Positions 17,700-26,146 of a DNA stretch of 64,000 bases are shown here, piece by piece. The notes below the pieces were generated by a model. The model saw only the letters and a program-made list of their open reading frames with translations. It made no database searches and was not told the origin of the DNA. The DNA comes from a virus: positions 37,003 to 101,002 of IMG/VR virus record IMGVR_UViG_3300046012_000505, one strand, 5' to 3'. The translations under genes were made by a program, and so were the position numbers. Each line of letters opens with the position of its first letter. Position 1 is the first letter of the stretch.

Positions 17700-18143
17700 A
17701 TGTCGAACGTGAAACTGAAGAACGAACTCACCCGCCAGATCAACAGCGCAATCGCCAGCGGCGTATTCGCCCGGCTGTGCGGCGGGCTGCCCGGCCTCGA
17801 GGTCTCCACCGCGCTGAAGGACGGCGCCATCGGCATCGACATCGAGCGGTCGCCGGTCGACCTCGTGAGCCATGACGTACTCGAGCCGAGCGATCACGGC
17901 TACGTCTACAAGATCACCTTTGCCGACGACAGCACGCCCGAGGGCGCCGCGATCAAGGCGGCACTCCGCGAAATCGCCGAGCGGGTCATCCAGCGGCACG
18001 CGCGCTACCGGATCCACGTCACCGGCCGCTGCATGGGGCAGCAAGTCGACAGGATGCGCGCAGGCCAGTCCGTCGAGACGGTCACGGTCCCGCCAGCCGC
18101 GATCGTCGCGGCGCCGGCAGCCGACCTGTTCGCCGCGCTCTGA
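17700..18143 (+). CDS. hypothetical protein
   Basis: GGAG RBS. Confidence 0.7.
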   Translation: MSNVKLKNELTRQINSAIASGVFARLCGGLPGLEVSTALKDGAIGIDIERSPVDLVSHDVLEPSDHGYVYKITFADDSTPEGAAIKAALREIAERVIQRHARYRIHVTGRCMGQQVDRMRAGQSVETVTVPPAAIVAAPAADLFAAL

Positions 18144-18192
18144 CGCACTGCGAGCGGCAGGGGTCGCACCCGGCCGCTCCGATGTGCACCAG
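18140..18192. repeat. conserved intergenic hairpin 4 (CTGA...CCAG)
   Basis: CTG/CAG, GCAC/GTGC, GAGCGGC/GCCGCTC, GGGT/ACCC. Confidence 0.7.
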
Positions 18193-18213
18193 ACCAGAAG
18201 AAGGGGAGACACG

Positions 18214-18483
18214 ATGACCAAGCACACCGCCGAGCCGTGGACGGCAACCGATATCGGCACGCTTCACGGCAAGGATAGCCAATTCATAGCCGAGCTAGGT
18301 GGCATGCGGGCCGAGGCGGATCTGCGCCGCATCGCCGCTTGCGTCAACGCCTGCGCCGGCATTTCCACGCAACAACTGGAAGCGTTCGCCTTCGTCATGA
18401 GGCCCGGGAGTGACAGACCGTTCGATCGCCTGGCGACAAAAGAGGCGTGGCGCAAACTGCGCGTCGCCCAGGCCACCCCATGA
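18214..18483 (+). CDS. hypothetical phage protein
   Basis: MTKHTAEPW...RRIAACVNACAGI motif; GGGGAG RBS. Confidence 0.7.
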   Translation: MTKHTAEPWTATDIGTLHGKDSQFIAELGGMRAEADLRRIAACVNACAGISTQQLEAFAFVMRPGSDRPFDRLATKEAWRKLRVAQATP

Positions 18484-18641
18484 CCCGCAAACCCGTCATC
18501 TACAACGGCCGGCCGATCGGCGAGGCGTCGACTTGGCGCGAGGTCGACGAGCTTATCGCCGAGCAGGGCCGCCCGATGTCCGGCGGCGATCGAGTGTCCG
18601 AGGGACCGGACGGATTTCACATCGAGACGAGGAGGAAATAG
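18480..18641 (+). CDS. hypothetical protein
   Basis: ATGA coupling. Confidence 0.55.
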   Translation: MTRKPVIYNGRPIGEASTWREVDELIAEQGRPMSGGDRVSEGPDGFHIETRRK

Positions 18642-18643
18642 CC

Positions 18644-19174
18644 ATGTCAGACCGTAGCAGCGCCAGCATCGACATCGGCGGGAAACTTGCCGCCGACAAG
18701 ATCGACGAACTCGCCGACGCCATCGAGAGCGAGGGAGTCGGACTCGATTGGGGCGAGTATCTCGACGCCGCCGGCGCGCGTGCCGCAATCGTCGACGCGT
18801 TCACCAGCAAGGGACCGCTGCGCCTCATGGCGAACGAGGTACGCGGCGGCGCGTTCGAGTCGCTGGAATCCATCTGCCGCGAACTCGGCCTCACCTACTG
18901 CCGAGGCGACGACGGGCGCTACACATGGACGGCCAGCCTCGTCTACTGGGAGCCGGGATTTGCCGAGCCGCAGGAATGGAACGGCACCGTCGACAACCAC
19001 ACCCCGCAACTCGACGCCTGGAAAATCCGCAAACTACTCGGCCCGCAGTGCGACAACATCGCTGCCCTGCGCGCCGAACTCGACCTGATGGACAAAGCCG
19101 AGAAGTTCGCCATCCCGCTCGTGATTGAGGGCGATATCGTTGAGCCGGCCGACGACGAGGCGACGGCGCAATGA
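18644..19174 (+). CDS. hypothetical acidic protein
   Basis: GGAGG RBS. Confidence 0.7.
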   Translation: MSDRSSASIDIGGKLAADKIDELADAIESEGVGLDWGEYLDAAGARAAIVDAFTSKGPLRLMANEVRGGAFESLESICRELGLTYCRGDDGRYTWTASLVYWEPGFAEPQEWNGTVDNHTPQLDAWKIRKLLGPQCDNIAALRAELDLMDKAEKFAIPLVIEGDIVEPADDEATAQ

Positions 19175-19365
19175 CCGGCGCCGACATGTGCGCGTGGAGA
19201 ACCCGTCTCGCGCTGCGCCAGGAGGACGCCGCGTCGCTCATCGGCTGCTCCAGCCGCCGGCTACGCAGCTACGAGCACGACGACGCGATTATCCCGAGGA
19301 AGATCGAACTCGCGTGTGAGGCGATCGAGGCACGTTTAACGAGGGGGAATGAAAATGCAGCGTGA
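19171..19365 (+). CDS. small XRE-like HTH protein
   Basis: WRTRLALRQEDAASLIGCSSRRLRSYE...IPRKIELACEAI. Confidence 0.75.
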   Translation: MTGADMCAWRTRLALRQEDAASLIGCSSRRLRSYEHDDAIIPRKIELACEAIEARLTRGNENAA

Positions 19366-22036
19366 GATCGAGGTCGACAACTTCGCGGGCGGCGGCGGCG
19401 CGTCCACTGGCATCGAGATGGCGACAGGGCGCCCGATCGCCATCGCGGTGAACCACGACGAAGAAGCCATCGCGATGCACGCCGCCAATCATCCCGACAC
19501 GGAACATATGTGCCAGTCCGTGTGGCGCGCTGATCCCCGCGACGTGGCGCGCGGGCGCCCCGTCGGCCTCGCGTGGTTCTCGCCCGATTGCTTTCCAGCC
19601 GGCACAATGGTTCTGACGCGCGACGGCTACCGCGCGATCGAGGAGATTCAAGCCGGCGACGAAGTGCTCACGCACAGGCTGCGCTGGAAAAAAGTCACCG
19701 AGACGCACCAAACCACCAAGCCTGTGCTGACGCTACGCGGGCACGGCCATCCAGGCTTGACCGTGAGCCATGAGCATCCGTTCTATGCGCGCCAGCGACC
19801 GGCGCCGGTTTGGAACAATGATCGCCGGTCTTACGAGTGGAATTTGAACGAGCCGAGATGGGCGCCAGCATCGATGCTGGATCGCGGATGGTACTGGGGC
19901 ACGCCGCGCCAGTTTCCCCCGTCAGAAGCTCCCGCCGTTGGCGGCCGCGGAATGATGGTCGACGAAAGCCTGATGTGGCTCGCCGGCCGCTATCTCGGCG
20001 ATGGCTGGTCTCGCATCACAGAAACGCGCGCCGAACTTGTCATAATCTGCGGCAAGCATGAGCATCAAACCCTCCGCGCGACGCTGGAGGCATGGCCGCG
20101 CCAGGGTTACCGTGCGGGACACAACGAACTTGCATGGCATTGGCGCGAGGTCGAGACCGCCTATCAGGGATCAACCAATCATCGCGGCCTTGTCGAGTGG
20201 CTACGCTCGCACTTCGGTCACGGGGCCGGCACGAAGACCGTGCCAGCATGGGCCTTGGGTCTATCCGACCACCTGCGCCGCGCTCTGCTGCAAGGCTACC
20301 TCAGCGCCGACGGCAACCGCGATCACGCCAAGGCTTTCGTCGAGTGCAACACAATCTCTAAAGCTCTCGCCTTCGGCATCAAGGCGCTGGCTAATAGCCT
20401 GGGTCACACCGCAGGAATCTATCTCAACAGCAATAACACCACTACCATCGAGGGCCGCATTGTCTCGGCGCAACCGATTTACAAGCTGCGCTGGCGGGAT
20501 GAAGTCTCGGCACTTCACGAGCAGACGCGCACCGAGAACGGCATCGAATGGTGTCCCATCCGTGAGCAGTCTGACACGGGGCAATCAGCCACGGTCTATA
20601 ACATCGGCGTTGAGGACGACGAGAGCTATATCGTCGAGGGGATCATCGTCCACAACTGCAAGCACTTCTCCAAGGCGAAGGGCAGTCAGCCCGTCAAGCG
20701 CAACATCCGCGACCTCGCCTGGGTGGTGATCCATTGGGCGAAGCTCGTGCAGCCGCGCATCATCATGCTGGAGAACGTCGAGGAATTCCGCGATTGGGGT
20801 CCGCTGATCGAGGGCGTCGACGGTAAGATGGTTCCCTGCCCGCTCCGCAAGGGGCTGACCTATCGCCGCTGGAAACGGGAGTTGGTGAAGCTCGGATACC
20901 GCGTCGAGGACCGCGAGCTACGCGCCTGCGACTACGGTGCGCCGACCATCCGCAAGCGCCTGTTCGTCATCGCGCGGCGCGACGGCCTGCCGATCATTTG
21001 GCCGGCGCCTACGCACGCCCCTCTTCGGCTAAGCCAGGATGGCATCGTTACGGAGTGGGCACGCGGACATGGCCTGACACTTAAGGACATCCAAAACCTC
21101 AAGCCGTACCGCACCGCGGCAGACTGCATCGACTGGTCTATTCCTTGCCCGTCGATCTTCGAGCGCGATCGCCCGCTGGCCGAGAACACCATGCGGCGTA
21201 TCGCGGCAGGCATCAAACGCTACGTGATCGACGCGGCCACGCCATTCATCGTGCCGGTGACGCACCACGGCGACAGCCGAGTCCACGGCATCGACGAGCC
21301 GCTCCGTACCGTGACCACGGCACCCCGAGGCGAACACGCCCTGGTGACGCCGTTCATCGCCCCGCGCTACGGCGAGCGCCCGGGCCAGGAGCCGCGCACC
21401 CACGCCGCCGACAAGCCGATCCCGACCATCGTTCCGACCGCGAACGGCGCCCGGCTAGTCGCGGCGTTCATGGCGCAGCACAATACCGGGATGGTAGGCC
21501 ACCCGATGACCAAGCCTCTCTCCACCATCATCCAACGCGGAACGACGCAGGGTCTCGTGACGTCCAACCTCGTCAAGCTGCGCGGCACCTGCAAGGACGG
21601 CCAGCCAGTCGACGAGCCGGCGCCGACGATCACCGCCGGCGGATGGCACATCGGCGAAGTCCGCGCCTTCCTCATCAAGTATTTCGGCACCGACCAGGAT
21701 CCGCGCCTGGAGGAGCCGATGCACACCGTCACGACGCGCGACCGCTTCGGCCTCGTCACCGTGGCCGGCGAGGAATACCAGATTGTCGACATTGGGATGC
21801 GGATGCTGACCCCGCGCGAGCTTTTCCGGGCGCAGGGCTTCCCGGAATCGTACATCATCGATCCGATGTTCAACGGAAAGCCCCTGACGAAGACATCCCA
21901 GGTCCGCTGCTGCGGCAACTCTGTCTGTCCGCCGCTGTCCGAGGCGCTTGTCCGGGCGAATTACGTGCCCGATCAGGTCGCGCCGACGCGGCGCCGTCCA
22001 GCCGCCGTCCAGCCTGTCGTCGCGGCGCTGTTCTGA
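19349..22036 (+). CDS. DNA cytosine-5 methyltransferase interrupted by an intein
   Basis: Motif I DNFAGGGG, motif IV SPD|C, ENVEEF, RKRLF, C-terminal GNSVCP. Confidence 0.93.
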   Translation: MKMQREIEVDNFAGGGGASTGIEMATGRPIAIAVNHDEEAIAMHAANHPDTEHMCQSVWRADPRDVARGRPVGLAWFSPDCFPAGTMVLTRDGYRAIEEIQAGDEVLTHRLRWKKVTETHQTTKPVLTLRGHGHPGLTVSHEHPFYARQRPAPVWNNDRRSYEWNLNEPRWAPASMLDRGWYWGTPRQFPPSEAPAVGGRGMMVDESLMWLAGRYLGDGWSRITETRAELVIICGKHEHQTLRATLEAWPRQGYRAGHNELAWHWREVETAYQGSTNHRGLVEWLRSHFGHGAGTKTVPAWALGLSDHLRRALLQGYLSADGNRDHAKAFVECNTISKALAFGIKALANSLGHTAGIYLNSNNTTTIEGRIVSAQPIYKLRWRDEVSALHEQTRTENGIEWCPIREQSDTGQSATVYNIGVEDDESYIVEGIIVHNCKHFSKAKGSQPVKRNIRDLAWVVIHWAKLVQPRIIMLENVEEFRDWGPLIEGVDGKMVPCPLRKGLTYRRWKRELVKLGYRVEDRELRACDYGAPTIRKRLFVIARRDGLPIIWPAPTHAPLRLSQDGIVTEWARGHGLTLKDIQNLKPYRTAADCIDWSIPCPSIFERDRPLAENTMRRIAAGIKRYVIDAATPFIVPVTHHGDSRVHGIDEPLRTVTTAPRGEHALVTPFIAPRYGERPGQEPRTHAADKPIPTIVPTANGARLVAAFMAQHNTGMVGHPMTKPLSTIIQRGTTQGLVTSNLVKLRGTCKDGQPVDEPAPTITAGGWHIGEVRAFLIKYFGTDQDPRLEEPMHTVTTRDRFGLVTVAGEEYQIVDIGMRMLTPRELFRAQGFPESYIIDPMFNGKPLTKTSQVRCCGNSVCPPLSEALVRANYVPDQVAPTRRRPAAVQPVVAALF
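19589..20656 (+). mobile_element. intein (356 aa) with LAGLIDADG homing endonuclease
   Basis: Starts CFPAGTMVLT, ends IIVHN before C; WLAGRYLGDG and LLQGYLSADG blocks. Confidence 0.93.
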
Positions 22037-22219
22037 GTATCGAGAGAAACCGCACCAAGCACTTTTTTCAATTATTTTTCGCTAATGAAATCAAGGGGCA
22101 CGATTCAAAAAACCCTTGATATTGGCCTGTTTCTGCAATTTCCGAAAACTCGATATGCTACAATAGCACTGTCAGCCGGTGGAACGGCTGGCAGTGTCGA
22201 AAGCAAGATGGAGATGAAA

Positions 22220-22504
22220 ATGGGTTGGATTATGTTGCCGAAACCCGGAGCGAAAGATGGACCTTGCAAGGGGAATTGTAAACACCTCGATTGCAAGGCG
22301 ACGAAGCAGGAGGCCGAATGCCTCTGCACGCATTGTCAGAAGCCGATCGGCTTCGAGACGAAGTTCTATATCGACCGCCCGGAGTCGGGCATCAGCGTCG
22401 TCGGCCAGCGCATCTACTCGCACTTCCTCTGCGCGATCAAAGCCGCCGACGAGAGGCGCAAGAAACTTCCGCCGCTCGACCTCGGCCATCTAGGCGCTAT
22501 GTAA
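22220..22504 (+). CDS. Cys/His-rich small protein with its own AT-rich promoter (moron-like)
   Basis: C..C.H..C, CTHC, HFLC; extended -10 TGCTACAAT at 22156-22164; alternative starts 22208/22214. Confidence 0.65.
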   Translation: MGWIMLPKPGAKDGPCKGNCKHLDCKATKQEAECLCTHCQKPIGFETKFYIDRPESGISVVGQRIYSHFLCAIKAADERRKKLPPLDLGHLGAM

Positions 22505-22520
22505 TCGGCTGGCCGCGCTC

Positions 22521-23501
22521 CTAACCGGGCGCGGCCGCCGCCACAAATATCCGCGGTATCGCCCGGTAAGCCAACTTCTGCAGCGCTTCCCCGTGCTCTG
22601 TGCTATCGCCGGTCAGCCCCGTCGCCTCAATTAGCAGCCGGCGAGCGCGGCCAGATTTCCAGTTGAGTACGCAGCAGCCCGGCGCTCCGGCCGCGCCCGC
22701 CTCGTTCCACGCGGCCGGCGTCGCATACACCCTTACCGCTTTACCATCCTCGAGACGCTGTTCCGCATGAGCCCATCCGACGATGTCGAGTCCGCCTTCT
22801 CTGACCCACCACTTCGCTGGCTCTTTCGGATCCCAGGCGACGATATCGGCGACGTCCAGCCAGCGCGGCCGCGTGGCGACCGTGGTGCCGCACCACTCAT
22901 CGAGTACCGGCTGCATCGCCTCGCGAATGATCTCTACCGGGCAGTCCTCACAATCGGCCGCCAGCAGCGCCGGCTCGACGTGCTCGATATAGCAGAAATC
23001 CATGAGCCACCGGGCGCGCCCTTCCTTGTCCGTTGGTGCTAAATTCAGCCACGCTAGGCGGTCCGCATACGACCACAACGACGGCTCCCGAGCTTCGTAC
23101 AGCGGCAAAGTCGCCAGCCAGCGCCCTTCCGGGTCCGGCTCCCAATACTTGCTTCCCACGGACGCGCGGACGGCTCCAAGCGGCATCGGCGCCGGCTCAG
23201 ACGGCCACCAGGACGGCACGCCAGCCTCAAAACCCAAGTCGGAATCGACGATATCCGCGTGCGGTGGCAACAGCACGCCAGGCGCCATCGTCAGCGCCGC
23301 ATCGAGCAGCTGTGGAAACGATTCAGCGAACCGCTTTCGGTTCCGTCGCGCCCATGCCTCCCACGCCTCGACGGCAATGGACGACCGCAGATTGCCGCTT
23401 CGTTCGCGTATCTGACCGTCGACGAGCCCGCGAATCGCGCGCCGAACCGCCAGGGCGCGCGACTGCTCGACCGTCAGCCCGCTACCCAAACAGCCCGCCA
23501 T
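22521..23501 (-). CDS. replication-region protein, possibly a degenerate primase/Toprim-like domain
   Basis: DIVAW.P..P..WW.R.G...G...ATPAAW..AG...G.CVL pattern recalled from alphaproteobacterial phage replication modules. Confidence 0.5.
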   Translation of the reverse strand: MAGCLGSGLTVEQSRALAVRRAIRGLVDGQIRERSGNLRSSIAVEAWEAWARRNRKRFAESFPQLLDAALTMAPGVLLPPHADIVDSDLGFEAGVPSWWPSEPAPMPLGAVRASVGSKYWEPDPEGRWLATLPLYEAREPSLWSYADRLAWLNLAPTDKEGRARWLMDFCYIEHVEPALLAADCEDCPVEIIREAMQPVLDEWCGTTVATRPRWLDVADIVAWDPKEPAKWWVREGGLDIVGWAHAEQRLEDGKAVRVYATPAAWNEAGAAGAPGCCVLNWKSGRARRLLIEATGLTGDSTEHGEALQKLAYRAIPRIFVAAAAPG

Positions 23502-23880
23502 CGAGCGCCGCCTGCGCGTCCGCGACCGAGCGGGCGACGACCGCGACGCCGCCGAAATCCGTCACCATCGCGAGGAACCGCTTCTGCGCGTCAGACGCTC
23601 GCCCGGTATCTCCCTTGGTCTCGACCGCAACGAACCGCGCGATCGACCGCCCGACCATTGCCGGCGTAATCAGCACGCGCTGCAGCCCGATGATATCCGA
23701 GCCGCCCTCGACCATACCGGCCCGCAGCGGTCGCGGATTGCGGATCAACACCGAACCGTCCTGCAGCCGCGTGACATCGCCCGCCCAGCCCATGCCCGTG
23801 TTGACCCGGAACGCCCGCACGTCCGGCCGGCTGCCGACGGCCAGCAGGACAGATTTCAGGACCGGTGACTCGCGCGTCAT
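23482..23880 (-). CDS. VRR-NUC family nuclease
   Basis: FRVNTG, GGSDIIG, VAVETK...GRASDAQKRF...GGVAVVARSV. Confidence 0.88.
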   Translation of the reverse strand: MTRESPVLKSVLLAVGSRPDVRAFRVNTGMGWAGDVTRLQDGSVLIRNPRPLRAGMVEGGSDIIGLQRVLITPAMVGRSIARFVAVETKGDTGRASDAQKRFLAMVTDFGGVAVVARSVADAQAALDGGLFG

Positions 23881-25328
23881 CCCGCGCGCCTTTGCCCGCG
23901 CAGGACGTGCATCGCCCAAGTGCGCCGGTACTTCTTCGCCTTCGCGATTTTGTAGAGCTTTTCGATGTCGGTCCCGGCCCAGGCGAGCGACTCCTTGTAG
24001 GTCATCGCCTTCAGCCGATCGGCTTCCGGGTCGCGCCGGAACTCGACGAGCTCGCCGTCGACCTGCTCGGGACCAGGGCGCCCGACGACCTTGAAGGGTT
24101 TGCCGCATGCCGGGCAGGCGGTCAGCGTGGCGGCGCAAACGGCGAAACACTGGTCGCACTGACGGATGGCCGGACCGTCCTCGCTCGCCTCAGACTTCCG
24201 CCGCTTCTTCCGCCCTTCCAGACTCCACTCGCGCACGTCGTCAGGCAGCCCGTGCATGTGGCAGCAGCCGGCGTGATCGAGCAGGATGGCATAGGGTTTC
24301 GGACCCGCCGCGATCGCCGCGCGCCGCCCCCCCACCGTGGTCAGATCAAATCCAGGCGCGTAGACCGGGCGCAGCACGCGGCCACACTGCTGCAGGAACA
24401 GCCCGAGCGACTGGGTAGGTCGCAGCAGGATAGCCACCTCCGCGCCCGGCACGTCGTAGCCTTCGCCGAACAGATCGACGTTCGATAGACCCTGGACCTG
24501 CTCCTTCGCAAAGGCCCGCGTGCCGGCCATGCGCGTGCCAGGATCGGTATTGCCATCGATATGGAGAAACGAAAACCCGGCGCCCCCGAATTGCGCCGCG
24601 ACGTGCTCGCTGTGCTTGATCGAGACGCAGAACACCAGGGCGCGCTTGCCGGCGGCGAGTCGGCGGTAATGGTCGACGGCATCGCCCGTAATTGTCGGTT
24701 TATCCATCGCCGCGACAAGCTCGGCCGCAACGTAGTCGCCCATCCGGGTTTGCACCTCGGCGAGGTCAGGGCGCGTCGGCGCGTACAGCCGATATGGCGA
24801 GAGATAGCCTTGCTCAATCAATTCCGCGACCGTCGGCCCGACGATGATTTCGCTGAAATGGTTGCCGAGCCCGCGACCATCGAGACGCTCCGGCGTGGCG
24901 GTCACGCCCAGCACAAAGGCGTTCGGGTACGCGGCCATGATCTTTTCCCAGGAGCCGGCCGCAGCATGGTGCGCCTCGTCGACCACGATCATGTCGAAGC
25001 CCGGGTACTGATCCAGCCGGCGCACCAGCGTTTGCACGGACGCTACCTGCACCGCTCCCTTTCGGCCAGTCCGACCGCCGGCTATGACGCCGTGTTCGAC
25101 GCCCATCTCGTCGAGCGCGCGGCTGGTTTGGTCGAGCAGTTCCTGACGATGGACGAGTATACAGATACGCTTGCCACGCGCCGCCGCACCACGGGCGATG
25201 TAGACGAACATCACCGTCTTGCCGGATCCGGTAGGGCTCACGGCCAGCACGCGCCGCTTGCCGGCAGAGAAGGCTGCTCGGATCGACGTAACGAACGAAG
25301 TCTGGTAGTCGCGGAGGTCGAAACTCAC
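23877..25328 (-). CDS. SF2 DEAH-box helicase with C-terminal zinc ribbon
   Basis: LRDYQ, PTGSGKT, DEAHH, TATP, QQCGRVLR, CDQC...CPACG. Confidence 0.93.
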   Translation of the reverse strand: MSFDLRDYQTSFVTSIRAAFSAGKRRVLAVSPTGSGKTVMFVYIARGAAARGKRICILVHRQELLDQTSRALDEMGVEHGVIAGGRTGRKGAVQVASVQTLVRRLDQYPGFDMIVVDEAHHAAAGSWEKIMAAYPNAFVLGVTATPERLDGRGLGNHFSEIIVGPTVAELIEQGYLSPYRLYAPTRPDLAEVQTRMGDYVAAELVAAMDKPTITGDAVDHYRRLAAGKRALVFCVSIKHSEHVAAQFGGAGFSFLHIDGNTDPGTRMAGTRAFAKEQVQGLSNVDLFGEGYDVPGAEVAILLRPTQSLGLFLQQCGRVLRPVYAPGFDLTTVGGRRAAIAAGPKPYAILLDHAGCCHMHGLPDDVREWSLEGRKKRRKSEASEDGPAIRQCDQCFAVCAATLTACPACGKPFKVVGRPGPEQVDGELVEFRRDPEADRLKAMTYKESLAWAGTDIEKLYKIAKAKKYRRTWAMHVLRGQRRAG

Positions 25329-25332
25329 CGAC

Positions 25333-25608
25333 TCACCCGCCCCTCAGCCGGACATTCTCATACCGAAGCCCGCGATACAGTTCCGCCTCTCTCCCCAGAT
25401 CCGCCGGCGTCAGCGTCTCCGGCGCGCTGTACGGATTTCCCGCCGCCCGCTCATGCACCCGGAAATGCGCCGGCGAGCAGAATCGCCGGGTCTTGTATTT
25501 GCTCGCCGGCTCGTTCGGCCGCCGGGGAATCGCCTCGCCGCAGTGCTGGCAGAACCGCACGGCGTAGGGTACGGCGCGCGGCGACGCGGCGATCGGGTCG
25601 GAGGTCAC
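25333..25608 (-). CDS. zinc-finger protein
   Basis: CQHCG...RFCSPAH. Confidence 0.6.
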   Translation of the reverse strand: MTSDPIAASPRAVPYAVRFCQHCGEAIPRRPNEPASKYKTRRFCSPAHFRVHERAAGNPYSAPETLTPADLGREAELYRGLRYENVRLRGG

Positions 25609-25931
25609 GGGATTTCTGTCTCGACGCGACGGAGGCAGTCCACGGCGGCGCCGATGACGGAGGCCGGCGCGCCCGATGGTTCGCGACCTACGCCAGCGGC
25701 GATATCGGCGAGCGAGTCGCCGTGCTGCAGGCAACGAGAGACGAGAACGGCCACGTCGTCGAGGAGGTGATCCCGCTCGCTGCCGACCTGGCCGCCGCCA
25801 CGCAGGAATGTTTCGACGATTCTGCCGTCGCGCGCGAAGCCAGCTGTGACATGGATGCGCTTGCCGCCATCGAGCGGCCACCGAATGTTGTCAGTTGCGT
25901 TGTTGCGCCGATCCGGCGGACGCTCTCTCAT
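25605..25931 (-). CDS. stand-alone domain resembling the class II ribonucleotide reductase C-terminal (TSCPD-like) domain
   Basis: RERPPDRR...HVTAGF..DGRIVETFL..G..GS....LLDD.A.LVS..LQHG..L. Confidence 0.7.
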   Translation of the reverse strand: MRERPPDRRNNATDNIRWPLDGGKRIHVTAGFARDGRIVETFLRGGGQVGSERDHLLDDVAVLVSRCLQHGDSLADIAAGVGREPSGAPASVIGAAVDCLRRVETEIP

Positions 25932-26146
25932 CTCGCTTTCCTCGAATAATTCGGGTGAGGAATGCCCTTCATCGCCCGCGCGCCGCCGCGCGACCGCAGC
26001 GGGATGCCGGACGCCGCGAGATAGGCCCGAACGGGCGATTTTGTGTATCCGAGGATCTTCGCGACCTCGCGCATCGTCTTGCCCTCGCCGTAAAGGCGGA
26101 TGGCTGCCGCGAGAGGGAATACACGGCCGAGGCGGGCGCGGGTCAT
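25928..26146 (-). CDS. HTH protein
   Basis: LYGEGKTMREVAKILGYT.SPVRAYL...GIPLR. Confidence 0.7.
   Translation of the reverse strand: MTRARLGRVFPLAAAIRLYGEGKTMREVAKILGYTKSPVRAYLAASGIPLRSRGGARAMKGIPHPNYSRKAR

Noticed and set aside
14742-18192. Hairpins as intrinsic terminators, canonical attC sites or hammerhead ribozymes
   Set aside because: No U-tracts, no RYYYAAC/GTTRRRY boxes, no CUGANGA...GAAA core; reported only as an unclassified structure family.
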